The translations under genes and the position numbers were made by a program. From a virus (taxonomy: Duplodnaviria > Caudoviricetes): 64,000 nucleotides of DNA. The stretch is taken from the IMG/VR virus record IMGVR_UViG_3300005535_000018, positions 1-64,000 of that record; one strand, 5' to 3'. Shown here piece after piece: positions 35,816 to 45,248 of this stretch (positions are counted from its first letter, which is position 1; each line of letters starts with the position of its first letter). The notes beneath the pieces were generated by a model. That model made no database searches, was not told the DNA's origin, and saw nothing but the letters and a program-made list of their open reading frames with translations.

Positions 35816-35884
35816 CTCCCTGTAGCGCAACGGCAGCGCACCGGCCCCCAGCCGGTGGTCCAGGTTCGAGTCCTGGCAGGGAGG
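35816..35884 (+). ncRNA. tRNA-like element 2 (5-nt anticodon loop, no CCA)
   Basis: Acceptor CTCCCTG/CAGGGAG; TA; D arm GCGC-AACGGCA-GCGC; stem CCGGC-CCCCA-GCCGG; T arm CCAGG-TTCGAGT-CCTGG. Confidence 0.8.
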
Positions 35885-35921
35885 CGACCCCGAAACCCCC
35901 CCCAACCGAAGGAGGCCCATC

Positions 35922-36422
35922 GTGGTCACCTGCACCACCCGCAACCGCACCGCCACCGCCTCGGACGCCGCCGGCTACCGAACCCCGGAGATCTGGATGA
36001 AGATCTGGATGATCATGACGGGTCTGTTGGCGCTTGGCATGTTCCTGGCCTGGTCGGTGGGCGCCGCCCTGGCGGTCGCGTTCTTCGGCGCCACCGCCGA
36101 GAACATCCGGTTCACGCTGTACGCCTGCGCCGCCGTCTGGTCGATCGCGTCGCTGCTCAACATCGCCATCGACTGGCTCCGCGTGCGGGCCCGTCGGGGC
36201 CGGCTCCGGATCGCCGAGGCCGGCGGCGACCGGGTCGTCGTGGTCGCGCCCCACCGGATTGCCGACGCGCTCGCCCCTTGGTTCGCCGACGCGGCCCGGC
36301 CGGTCGTCATGGCTGACCGGCTCGCCCGGCTCCAGACGTCGTACATGGCCGGCCAGCCTGACCGGCACCTTGAGGCGCTGCTCGGCCTCATGGTCAGCCC
36401 CGTCGCCCGCAAGTCCGCCTGA
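35922..36422 (+). CDS. Membrane protein
   Basis: AAGGAGG RBS; two TM helices. Confidence 0.6.
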   Translation: MVTCTTRNRTATASDAAGYRTPEIWMKIWMIMTGLLALGMFLAWSVGAALAVAFFGATAENIRFTLYACAAVWSIASLLNIAIDWLRVRARRGRLRIAEAGGDRVVVVAPHRIADALAPWFADAARPVVMADRLARLQTSYMAGQPDRHLEALLGLMVSPVARKSA

Positions 36423-36522
36423 CCAGCCGCACCGCACCGCCTCGGGCACGCCCGGGCCGGTGCGGGAGCGGTGGCCATACGGCCTGCACCACCCAGATCT
36501 CGACCAACGCGAGGAGCGCGAG

Positions 36523-37107
36523 ATGCACCAACCCGCCGACATCCGGGTCCAGACCGCCAACGGCGGCAAAGTCCTGGCCATCACCAGCCCCTACAACGCC
36601 GACTTCGTTGCCGGTGCCCGCGAGTTGGGCGGCAAGTTTGCCAACACCGACTCGTTCCGGGGCTGGTTTTTCGACCCGCGTGACGAGCAGCGGGTCCGTG
36701 CCCTGCTGATCGCCGTGTACGGCTCCGACGGTTCGCCCGTCGCGCAGACCGTCACCCTGCACGTCGTGGTCGCCGACTACCCCGGCACCGAATACGACCG
36801 GATCATCGTGGCCGGCCGAGAGGTCGCCCACCGACGCGACCGGGACAGCTCCGTCAAGTTGAGCGGTGCCGTGGTTGTGGCTGGCGGGTTCCCGTCCAGC
36901 GGCGGGTCGAGGGCGAACCCGGCCCTCAACGCCAAACCCGGCACTGTGCTCGAGGTGCGGGACGTGCCCGCCGGGCACGCCGACGTCCACGCGGCCGGCG
37001 TGACCGTGGTCGGCGAGGAAGTCGACCGTGACTCCCTGATCGCTGAGCGGGCCGCCCTTGTGGCGCGCCTCGACGAGATCGACGCCCTCCTGGGCGGGTC
37101 GCTGTGA
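36523..37107 (+). CDS. Conserved hypothetical phage protein
   Basis: SPYNADFV..AR.LGG.F...W.F..RDE..VR.L...VYG.DG; GGFPSSGGSRANP. Confidence 0.7.
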   Translation: MHQPADIRVQTANGGKVLAITSPYNADFVAGARELGGKFANTDSFRGWFFDPRDEQRVRALLIAVYGSDGSPVAQTVTLHVVVADYPGTEYDRIIVAGREVAHRRDRDSSVKLSGAVVVAGGFPSSGGSRANPALNAKPGTVLEVRDVPAGHADVHAAGVTVVGEEVDRDSLIAERAALVARLDEIDALLGGSL

Positions 37108-37865
37108 ACGCCGTCGTGGACCTGTTCAGGGTGATGCCGGCGCTCGTGGCGGCCCACCCGTGGATCGCCGTCCCGGTGGCTCTGGCCGCCGCGGTCGGCG
37201 TTGCGGTCGCGGTCGTCCGTTCTCGGGCGGCGCAGTGATGGCCCTCACCGAAGACGTCGAGATCGTGCGGGCCGCGATCAGTGTGCTGGCCAGCGTCAGC
37301 GCCGCCAATCTCGCCAACCGAGGCGAGTTGCTGCCCCGCACACTCGTCAACCCGTACGCGCTGCGCGAGCTGGCCGACGAGGTCGAGAGGCGCTACCCCG
37401 GCATCGTCGACCAAACCCGCAACGCCCTACCCGACTGAGGAGAACCCCGGCATGCCCAACACCGATCGCGACGCCCGTAACGCCGCCATCGCCAGATCCA
37501 TCCGCACCGTCGGCCCGGGCGCCACGGCGTCCGTGCTGCGCGTCGCCGGCCCTGCCAAGTTCGACGTGGGCGACATTGTCGTGCTGGCGATCCTGCCCGT
37601 CACCGGCCACACCTTCGAGGTGACCGAGCTGCCGCCCGACGCGGCCACCGACCCTGACCCGCTCGTGCGGATCTGGCCGACCGACCCGGGCGACGTCCGG
37701 GGTGGCCAGTGGATCAGCTCGCACCTGCTGCTTCGCTCCGACAACTGCCCCGAGCACTGTCCCGGTTGCGGCATCAACCTCAAGGCGGAGGGCTACCCGC
37801 TCGGCCACAAGACAGACGAGGGCGACCAGTGCGAGTGGTCGTGGGCCCGGGTCGCCGGCTACTGA
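37104..37865 (+). CDS. Three small hypothetical genes (37104-37238, 37238-37438, 37452-37865)
   Basis: Coupled starts and stops; GAGGAG RBS before the last. Confidence 0.55.
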
Positions 37866-37994
37866 GGCACTGAGTAGCGCCGTCGCTGGCCTCCACCGTT
37901 CGGCTATCACGCACCTCAGCCGAACGGTGGAGGCGAGCGATCGCGTCGCAGATCTTGCAAAGTCCTGTTTTCGCAGCTCACACCTGGAGGCCCT

Positions 37995-38519
37995 ATGAGC
38001 CGTGTTGTCGACCTCACCGCCGAGGTCACCTGCATCCTTCCGACCGGCCGGGGCGGCCGCGTGCCGCCCGGCACCTATCCAGTCGTCGAGATCGACGGCG
38101 CCGCGCAACGCGACGTCGCGTACATCACGGTCGGCGACGACCTGGTGTGCATCGCCGTCCATGGCCCGGCAACCACCTTCCGAGAGGTCAGCGACGACCT
38201 GACCGAGGGCGAGGTGGACGAGATGTTGCGGCGCGTGTTCTTCAGCGCCGACCAGCCGACGCGCGCCGAGTTGGACGCCTCGTTCGACGCGGCGGTGGCC
38301 GCGGCAGCGAGTCCAATCCGTGACCGGCTCGAGATCACCGGGATAGTCAGAACAGGTCAGGCCACGGCCCAACTCGGCCCCGACCTGACCGACGGCGTGA
38401 TCAAACTCGGAATGATCGTTACGATCGCCGGCCAGGAAGACCCGGTGCTGCTCCTCATGACCGAGGACGTCACCCGCGACATGGAGCACCTGCTGTCCAC
38501 CGGCCACCTTCCGACCTAA
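37995..38519 (+). CDS. Hypothetical protein
   Basis: GGAGG RBS. Confidence 0.6.
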   Translation: MSRVVDLTAEVTCILPTGRGGRVPPGTYPVVEIDGAAQRDVAYITVGDDLVCIAVHGPATTFREVSDDLTEGEVDEMLRRVFFSADQPTRAELDASFDAAVAAAASPIRDRLEITGIVRTGQATAQLGPDLTDGVIKLGMIVTIAGQEDPVLLLMTEDVTRDMEHLLSTGHLPT

Positions 38520-38554
38520 ACCCAACCCCCCTCACCGACGAGAGGAGCTCCACC

Positions 38555-38752
38555 TTGCCCAAACCGTCCATCGACGTCCACCCGGCCGCCGGCCGCGACG
38601 CGGGCCGCAACGAACGGATGATCGGCTTCTCCGCCCCGTCGGGGGCTGGTGGGCTGATCACGCTGGCCCTGCAGGACGACGGCACGATCACCCTGCACGT
38701 GCACGGCCACAGCAACACGGCTGTCACCGTCGGCGAGGCCGACGGCGAGTAG
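38555..38752 (+). CDS. Small hypothetical protein
   Basis: GAGGAG RBS then TTG; followed by a terminator. Confidence 0.55.
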   Translation: MPKPSIDVHPAAGRDAGRNERMIGFSAPSGAGGLITLALQDDGTITLHVHGHSNTAVTVGEADGE

Positions 38753-38809
38753 ACCCGTAGGACCGCCTGTACGCCTCGCCGAACCTCTCCCCCACCGGCG
38801 TCCACACCC

Positions 38810-38861
38810 AAGGGCCCGCGGGCCGCTCCGACACGCTCGGGGCGGCCTGCGGGCCCTTTTT
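38810..38861 (+). terminator. Intrinsic terminator
   Basis: AAGGGCCCGCGGGCCGCTCCGA/TCGGGGCGGCCTGCGGGCCCTT stem ending in a T-run. Confidence 0.8.
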
Positions 38862-38888
38862 GCGTTTCTGGCCAGCTACCGTTTCCCG

Positions 38889-39518
38889 GTGATCATTCAC
38901 GTGGGTGAGCCTGCCGTTCCCGTTCTGTACCTCGATCTCGACGGGACGGTGCGGCAGGGCAAAGACGACGCCCTCGGCCGGTTCGTCAACGGGCCAGGCG
39001 ACGTGTTCGTGTTCGCTGAGGCTGTCGTGATGATGCGTCGGTGGAAGGCCGCGGGGGGTCGCATCGTCGCGGTGTCCAACCAGGGCGGCGTCGCGTTGGG
39101 TCTGGTCGATCAGGACGCTGTCATGGCCGCGCTGTTGGAGACGCACCGCCAGACCGGCGAACTGTTCGACAGGATCGCGGTCTGCCCCCACCACCCTGAC
39201 GCGGCCGACCCTGAGATGGCCCGCTGCTGGTGCCGCAAGCCCAAGCCTGGGCTGGTGATCGAGTCAGCGGTGGAGTTGGGCCGCCACTACCACGAGCGGT
39301 ACCCGCCCCACATGGGGCTGATGGTCGGCGACCGGCCCGAGGACGAAGAGTGCGCACGGCTGGCCGGGCTGGACTTCCAGGATGCCGCCGAGTGGCGGGC
39401 AGCGGCCGGGCCAGTGTTCCTGTGCCCGCGCTGCCTGGTGCTGTCCGCCCACCCCGACGATGCCGCTAACGGCTACTGCGGCGCCTGCCACGACTTCACC
39501 AGCTCGGCCCGGCCGTAG
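38889..39518 (+). CDS. HAD-IIIA phosphatase (GmhB / polynucleotide 3'-phosphatase-like)
   Basis: YLDLDGTV, VSNQGG, CPHH, CWCRKPKPG, MVGDRPED. Confidence 0.88.
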   Translation: MIIHVGEPAVPVLYLDLDGTVRQGKDDALGRFVNGPGDVFVFAEAVVMMRRWKAAGGRIVAVSNQGGVALGLVDQDAVMAALLETHRQTGELFDRIAVCPHHPDAADPEMARCWCRKPKPGLVIESAVELGRHYHERYPPHMGLMVGDRPEDEECARLAGLDFQDAAEWRAAAGPVFLCPRCLVLSAHPDDAANGYCGACHDFTSSARP

Positions 39519-39591
39519 GCAGCCGTATGGGGCGGTGACCCACGCACGCCCCGCGGGTCACCACCCCGGCGCACAGTGTGCCGGGCGGCGG

Positions 39592-39876
39592 CTACGGCTC
39601 AGTACAGCCGCCCGGCCGATCGAAGGCGGTCGTTTGGTGGGGTCGGTTCCGGGAATCCAGGCCGTCGAGCAGAGCCTGGATTGCCGCCGCGCCGGACCGG
39701 CGGGCGAGACGGTCGATGTGGAGCCAGACGCGGCGCTGCTCGTCGTCGGGCAGGGCCGCGACCGAGGCGGGTGGGGTTGCGTCGGGCCCTTTCAACCACC
39801 ACGCGATCTGGTCGATGAGACCTTCAACGGTGAGGCGGCGCTGCTCGCCCGTGTCCGGGTCGGCTGTGGCGCTCAT
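39592..39876 (-). CDS. Hypothetical protein
   Basis: ATGA-coupled to the upstream gene. Confidence 0.5.
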   Translation of the reverse strand: MSATADPDTGEQRRLTVEGLIDQIAWWLKGPDATPPASVAALPDDEQRRVWLHIDRLARRSGAAAIQALLDGLDSRNRPHQTTAFDRPGGCTEP

Positions 39877-40103
39877 CGCCGCGTGGCCGCGGCGGGCAGG
39901 GGCCGTACGCCGGCCCGCATCACGAACACCGATCTGCGCTCGACCGCTTCGCCTTGCTCGTCGACCTCGTAGCCGTCGAGCCACACCCACCCGTCGGCCC
40001 CGGCGGTGGCGGCGGGCAGCTCCCGAATGATCCGGAACCCGATCGGTTTGACGAACTGTGGCGAGGCCGCCCGGCCCAGCAGGACCACATCACCGGCTCG
40101 CAT
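39873..40103 (-). CDS. Small protein of a family typical of Micromonosporaceae
   Basis: GDVVLLGRAASPQF..PI.FRIIR...GWVWLDGYE.D..G.AVERRSVFV. Confidence 0.7.
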   Translation of the reverse strand: MRAGDVVLLGRAASPQFVKPIGFRIIRELPAATAGADGWVWLDGYEVDEQGEAVERRSVFVMRAGVRPLPAAATRR

Positions 40104-40228
40104 CCTGTCGCTCCCTTGCCTCGGTAGGCCCCCGGCAGCGCAACCCCCTGGGCTGACCGAGAAGGCCGCACCCGAATCATCGGGTGCGGCCCCGGGGCGT
40201 GTTACGCGCGCCGGCCCGGTTTGTCTGT

Positions 40229-41923
40229 TCAGCCGGGTCGGGTGTGCCCGCCGGTACTGGGCCCGGCCGCCGGGCGTCCCTCGATCGGGTCGGCCGGTCG
40301 GGGGTCGCCGAGGAAGAACCGCAACGCCTGGTCCGGGTCGGTGTACAGGAGGAGCTGCGTGCCGGCCGGGTTGGTGACGGCCCACCCGTTGCGGCCGAAG
40401 GCGTACAGGGCTTCGGCCGCGCCGTCGACGAGGCCGGCCCGCCACGCCGCCCGGAACGCGGCCGGGTCGGCGGGGGCCAGGCGGTAGATCTCGCCGTGCC
40501 ACACGAACGACCACCCGGCCGGGGTCAGCTCGACGCGGGGGTCGGCGTCGTAGCCGGTGGGGTCCATGCCGAAACTTTGTTTCACAGTTCCGGGTTCACC
40601 AACCCGGCTCGCCCGCGGCCCGGGCCCGGGCGGCGTGCCGTTCCACCGCGGCCTCAACCTCGGCCCGCTCGTCGGGGGCCAGCTCGGCCATCACCCGGGC
40701 GTACATGCCCGGGTCGATTGGGTTCGCGGCGATGCGGGCCAGCAGCCGGGTCGTGACCGCGTCGTACGACGCCTGCGACGCCTCACCGTCGCTGGAGCTC
40801 CCGGTCATCGGTCTACGGCGCGGAGCACCTCGCGCACCTCGTCGAGCCGCTCCGGAATCGTGGCCCCGTCGCGAACCATGGCCTCGTTCACGAGATTCCA
40901 GGCGTACTCGTCGCGGGTCGCGCTCGGGAAGATCCGGGCGTTGCGTTCACGCCGGGCCTCGATCTCGTCGCTGGCCGTCTCGGCCGTCCACCGCTCGCCG
41001 CCCATCAGCCCTCCCCTGCCGCTGCTGCCCTGGCCTGGTAGGCGGCCTCGGTGACCACCTCGATGGTCATGTCGCCCGATGCCAGGTCGGCCGCGAACGT
41101 CTCGAGCACGAATGCCGTGCCGTTCGTGGCCTCGTCCCGGCTGCGGGGCGAGCTGGCCACGACGCCGCCGGCCCGACCACGCAACACGACCCGGTACAGG
41201 TCGTCGCTGTCAGCCGAGCCCGTCATCGTGGCCCCCCCTCGCCGCCGTGTAGTCGTCGATGCGTTGTGTGCGGCCCTCCCGCAGCCCATCGCGGTACGCG
41301 CGAGACGAGAACGACGCCTCGTCGTACGCGGCCGGGTTCCCGTCCGGGTCGATGCCGCTGCGGCCCACGGCGTAGCCGTCACGCCGGCCCGCCTCACGAA
41401 GCGCCGCCCGGCGCTTCTCGCCTCTCTGGTCGTCGCTCACTTGTCTCCCCCTCTGCCTAGGTTGTGCAGGCGCCGGTACTCGCGGGCCCAGCGGTTCGGG
41501 TGGTCGACGTGGGCCACGTCGACACCACTGTTGCCGGTCGGCTGGCCCTGCTCGTCCCAGCCGTCGTCGCTGAACCCGAACCGGCCGGTGGTGAGGCCGT
41601 CGTACTGGGGGCGGCGCTCCGGGTCCATGAGCAGGTTCGCCCGCTCCGCGTCGCGGTCAGCCACTGCCCCGCCCCTCGTCGATCCGGTTGGCGATGGCCT
41701 GATCCATGGTGTCGACGATGGCCGACCGGTCGCCGTCGGTGCCGACGTCGTGGCAGGCCAGCTTCGTCGACCAGCCGCCACCCCCCATCTGCTGCACGAT
41801 GTGCGCCCCGTTGTCATCCAGGCGGTCGGCGTTGACCATCGCCGGCACGTCGGGTGGCCAGCCGTCGGTCGCCCACTTGACCCTGGGGTCGTCGCGGTAG
41901 CGGCTCGCTTCACGTCTGTCCAT
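40229..41923 (-). CDS. Run of small hypothetical genes (40229-40567, 40596-40808, 40805-41005, 41005-41226, 41210-41440, 41437-41664, 41657-41923)
   Basis: Overlapping starts and stops with purine-rich RBSs; distal part of the transfer operon. Confidence 0.55.
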
Positions 41924-41950
41924 GGTGGACTGTCCTTCCTCGAGGGGGGG

Positions 41951-42217
41951 TTAGCGGCGGCGGGTTGCGCGTCGCTCGTCGGCGCGGGACTCCCGCAGGT
42001 AGTTGATGACGTGGCGGCCCCACCGCAGCCGCCGGCCGGTGCCGCCGCACCGCCGGCACTCCCGCCAGGCTTTGCCCGAGGGTGAGCGGGTCTTGCCGTC
42101 GCCGTTGCACTTGACGCACGACGCGAACGGCCACAGCAGACACGCCACCCAATACACGGCCCCGGCGACCAGGCCCGTGAGCACCGTGACCGCGGCGGCG
42201 ACGGCGGTGCCGCTCAC
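41951..42217 (-). CDS. TM plus DnaJ-type zinc-finger protein typical of actinomycete conjugative elements
   Basis: TM helix, then PFASCVKCNGDG...CRRCGGTGRRLRWG. Confidence 0.7.
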   Translation of the reverse strand: MSGTAVAAAVTVLTGLVAGAVYWVACLLWPFASCVKCNGDGKTRSPSGKAWRECRRCGGTGRRLRWGRHVINYLRESRADERRATRRR

Positions 42218-43651
42218 GAGCCGACCCCGGCCGGCACGGTGACGATGGTGGCCTGGCAGATCTGCCTGGTGACGATCGCGGCGTAGGCCCGGGCCCGGGC
42301 CGGGTCGGTGGGCAGGTCCACCACGGCCCGGACCTCCATCCGGTTGGTGCCGCCGCGGGTCTGGACCCGGGTCAGGACGACCCGGCCGGCGTCGGTGTCC
42401 ATGGTGACCGGGTGGGAGCGGTGCTCGCCGTTGGACATCACCTCGGCCGAGCACACATGCGACCGGCCGCACCAGTCGGGGTGCGACGGACGCCGCCGAC
42501 GGCGGCTGGTCACCACCGGCGGGGGTGCCGTCACCGTGCGGCGGACGAGGCGGATCACCACGCCCCCGCCAGGGCCAGGTCCTCGTCGGCGACGTCGGTG
42601 CCGTCCGGGTCGCAGGCCCGGCCGCCCGGGCCGGCGAAGCAGTTCATGCCCAGCCGGTAGTCGGCGATGACCTGCTGCACGGCAGGTGAGGCGGCGGCCA
42701 GCCACGCGGCGGCGTTGTCGGCCCGCAGGGTGTACCAGTCGGCGTCGGTCGCAGCCACGGCCAGGGCGGCCCGAGCGCAGCAGGTGATGCACCCGGCACC
42801 GCCGACCAGGGGCCGCCCGGTCGGCGAGTGGACGACCCGGAAGGTGTGGGGCCAGCGTGGGTCGTTGGTTGACGCGATGGCCAGGTGCGGGCCCAGCCGG
42901 ACGTTGAGTGCCTTGAGGTTGACGGGGCGGGTGTGGGTCCAGTAGGCGCGGCCGGTCGCGTGCTCGTAGATGCGGGCCACAAGGCGGTCCATCATCGGTG
43001 GTGCCCTCCAGTTCGGCGGTGGGTGCCGGGGCGCTGGCTGATAGAGGTCGGGCAGCGCCCCGGCCGGGTAGGTAGGCGGTCGGTTAGCGGCGGGCGACCT
43101 GGTGCCGGCTGGCCCGGGCCAGCTCGGCGGCTCGCAACTTGTCGTCAAGCGCCGTCGAGTTGTTGGTGTCGTCGGCGAGTTCGGCCCGCTGTTGGGCCCT
43201 GGACGGTTTGCTCATTCCTGTTCGGCTCCTCTCGCAGCCGCACGGGCGGCGAGGGCGTCACACGTCGCCACCGCCCGATGGGCCTCCCTGGCCAACATGG
43301 CCTGGTCGGCGGTTGACAGTCCCCGTATCGATTCCGGCGGGTACGCCGCACCCGATGCCTGCCACTCGATCGCGTCCGTCGCGATCTGCGCGGCCCGTTT
43401 GGCGTCCCGGCCGGTCGTCGTCACTTCGCTACTCCTCTCCGCGTCGCCTACTGGTGGCCGAAGGTGACCTGGTCGGCCCGAATGTCCAGGCCGTCCATCG
43501 CCCGGGCGGGTCGCTCGGGCCGTGTTGCCCGCTCGTCCGTGCCTGTCTCGTTGAGGGTGCCGACGATGGTTTGGCCGTCGCCGAACCCGATCGCACCGGC
43601 CTGAACCGGGCCGTTGAACGTGACGCCGTCGTGCTCTGCGTCGAACTGCAC
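42214..43651 (-). CDS. Small transfer-operon genes (42214-42558, 42555-42995, 43084-43215, 43212-43424, 43448-43651)
   Basis: Coupled ORFs with RBSs; HPDWC..SHVC...EHRS motif in the first. Confidence 0.55.
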
Positions 43652-43746
43652 GTGCGTAGTCCTTCCTTTGCTTGCGGGTGTGTGGGGGCCCTGGCAGTCG
43701 GGGCGGGCCCCCACGAGGGCCCAGGGGCTCCTTCCTGCGGGTGGGG

Positions 43747-45027
43747 TTAGGCCGCCGCGGCGACGGTGGCGCGGCGGTGGGGCTTGAACGGCAAGGTCGC
43801 CGTGGCCAGGTGATCGATGGTGTCGTCGGACACCCACGCGACCTTGATGCGTACCGGCACGCCACCCGGGCCGAGCAGCAGTGCCACACCCCGCGCCTCG
43901 AGGTCGATCTCGGCGGCGTTGTAGCCGCTGGCGGCTTTGCCGTCGCCGAGGATGACGTCTGAGTTGGAGGAGTTCGCCGTCTTGAACGCGGCCCTGATGC
44001 CGAACAGGTCGGACAGGGCCCGCGGCACGACGTCCTGGGTGGGGCGCTGGGTGCCGATCACCGGGATGAGGCCGGCGGCCCGGCCCCGTGAGACCACGTC
44101 ACGGGCGGTCGACGCGAACCGCTCCCGCTGGGCACCCGACCCGACCGTTGCGGTGTGGTAGGCCAGCTCATCGATCGCCAACAGGAACGGGTGCAGGCCC
44201 AACACCTCGGCCACCTCGGGGGTGAGCTTGCGCACGACGCCCGGCAGGGCCTCCATCGCGGCCAACCGGTCGTCGACCTCGGCCTGCACGGCCTCCAACA
44301 CCGCCAGGGCCTCGTCCGGGTCTTTCTGGGCGTACATGGTGGCCCTCGCCCGCCACGGCCCGAACTGCACACCCTGCGGGTCGATCAGGTACAGGGGGGC
44401 CGGCGACTTCGCCCCGGTCGACACGACCAGGTTCAGCAGGGACGACTTGCCGGAGTCCATGATGCCGCCCGCGATCACACCCCGACCGACCAGCGACAGC
44501 CGCAGGTCGACGCCCAGTTCGGTCATGCCCAGGTGCACCGGGTCCCACAGCGACAGGGTCGGCTTGTCCTGGTCGAGCCACGCCACCGTCGCGACAGCGG
44601 CCAGCGGGTCACGTCGCACCACCTCCATGGTGATCTTGTTGGAGGCTTCAGGGTCACGATCGATGCGCACCGTGCGGGCATGCAACGCCGCCCGCAGCTC
44701 CTCCATGCGCAGCGACAGAAGTTCGGCCGAGTGGCCGGGCCGGGTGCGCAGCTGCACCCGCTCACCGACCGGGGTGGCCTTCACCGACCACACCCGCGGA
44801 ACCTGGCCCGCCATGTTGGTCATCTTGGTGGCGGCCAGGCCGGCCCGGATGAGGCGACGGGTACGGCCGCACCGCATCCAGCCCAGGGCGACCCGACGCG
44901 ACGGTGGGATGGCCAACGGCACACAGAGGGTTACGGCCAGGGCGAGAACGACGAGGGCCTCACGCCAGTACAGGTGGATCATTCGGCCGAGGTGGCCCCG
45001 GACGGTCGTGGGTGCGGGCATGGTCAT
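43747..45027 (-). CDS. FtsK/SpoIIIE-family ATPase (short form, no obvious wHTH)
   Basis: N-terminal TM; Walker A GIMDSGKS; IDP; Walker B LAIDEL; GRAAG..GTQRP. Confidence 0.88.
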   Translation of the reverse strand: MTMPAPTTVRGHLGRMIHLYWREALVVLALAVTLCVPLAIPPSRRVALGWMRCGRTRRLIRAGLAATKMTNMAGQVPRVWSVKATPVGERVQLRTRPGHSAELLSLRMEELRAALHARTVRIDRDPEASNKITMEVVRRDPLAAVATVAWLDQDKPTLSLWDPVHLGMTELGVDLRLSLVGRGVIAGGIMDSGKSSLLNLVVSTGAKSPAPLYLIDPQGVQFGPWRARATMYAQKDPDEALAVLEAVQAEVDDRLAAMEALPGVVRKLTPEVAEVLGLHPFLLAIDELAYHTATVGSGAQRERFASTARDVVSRGRAAGLIPVIGTQRPTQDVVPRALSDLFGIRAAFKTANSSNSDVILGDGKAASGYNAAEIDLEARGVALLLGPGGVPVRIKVAWVSDDTIDHLATATLPFKPHRRATVAAAA

Positions 45028-45248
45028 CCTTCTTCCGTGGGCCAGTTGGCCCGGTCAGCCGCACGGGCGGCGTAGGGATCGACGGCGCGTAGGACTTCGT
45101 GGTCGCGGTACTCGCGTTCCATGAGCAGGTCGGCGGTACCGCACACCCCGCCCGACCGGCACGTGCCGCAGGTGGCGGTATGGCCGTCGGTGTCGGCGAC
45201 CGACGCCAGGTAGTCGGCCCGTTGGGGGCGGCCCGGGGCGGCGCTCAC
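45024..45248 (-). CDS. Small Cys/His protein between the FtsK genes
   Basis: HTATCGTC...C; coupled on both sides. Confidence 0.55.
   Translation of the reverse strand: MSAAPGRPQRADYLASVADTDGHTATCGTCRSGGVCGTADLLMEREYRDHEVLRAVDPYAARAADRANWPTEEG

Noticed and set aside
35408-35884. Functional tRNA genes or attP tRNA remnants
   Set aside because: Anticodon loops are 6 and 5 nt without U33, so no anticodon can be assigned. Both are complete cloverleaves far from either recombinase, unlike a 3'-half att duplication
38889-39518. True gmhB (heptose biosynthesis) call
   Set aside because: No sugar-pathway genes nearby, and HAD-IIIA motifs do not fix the substrate
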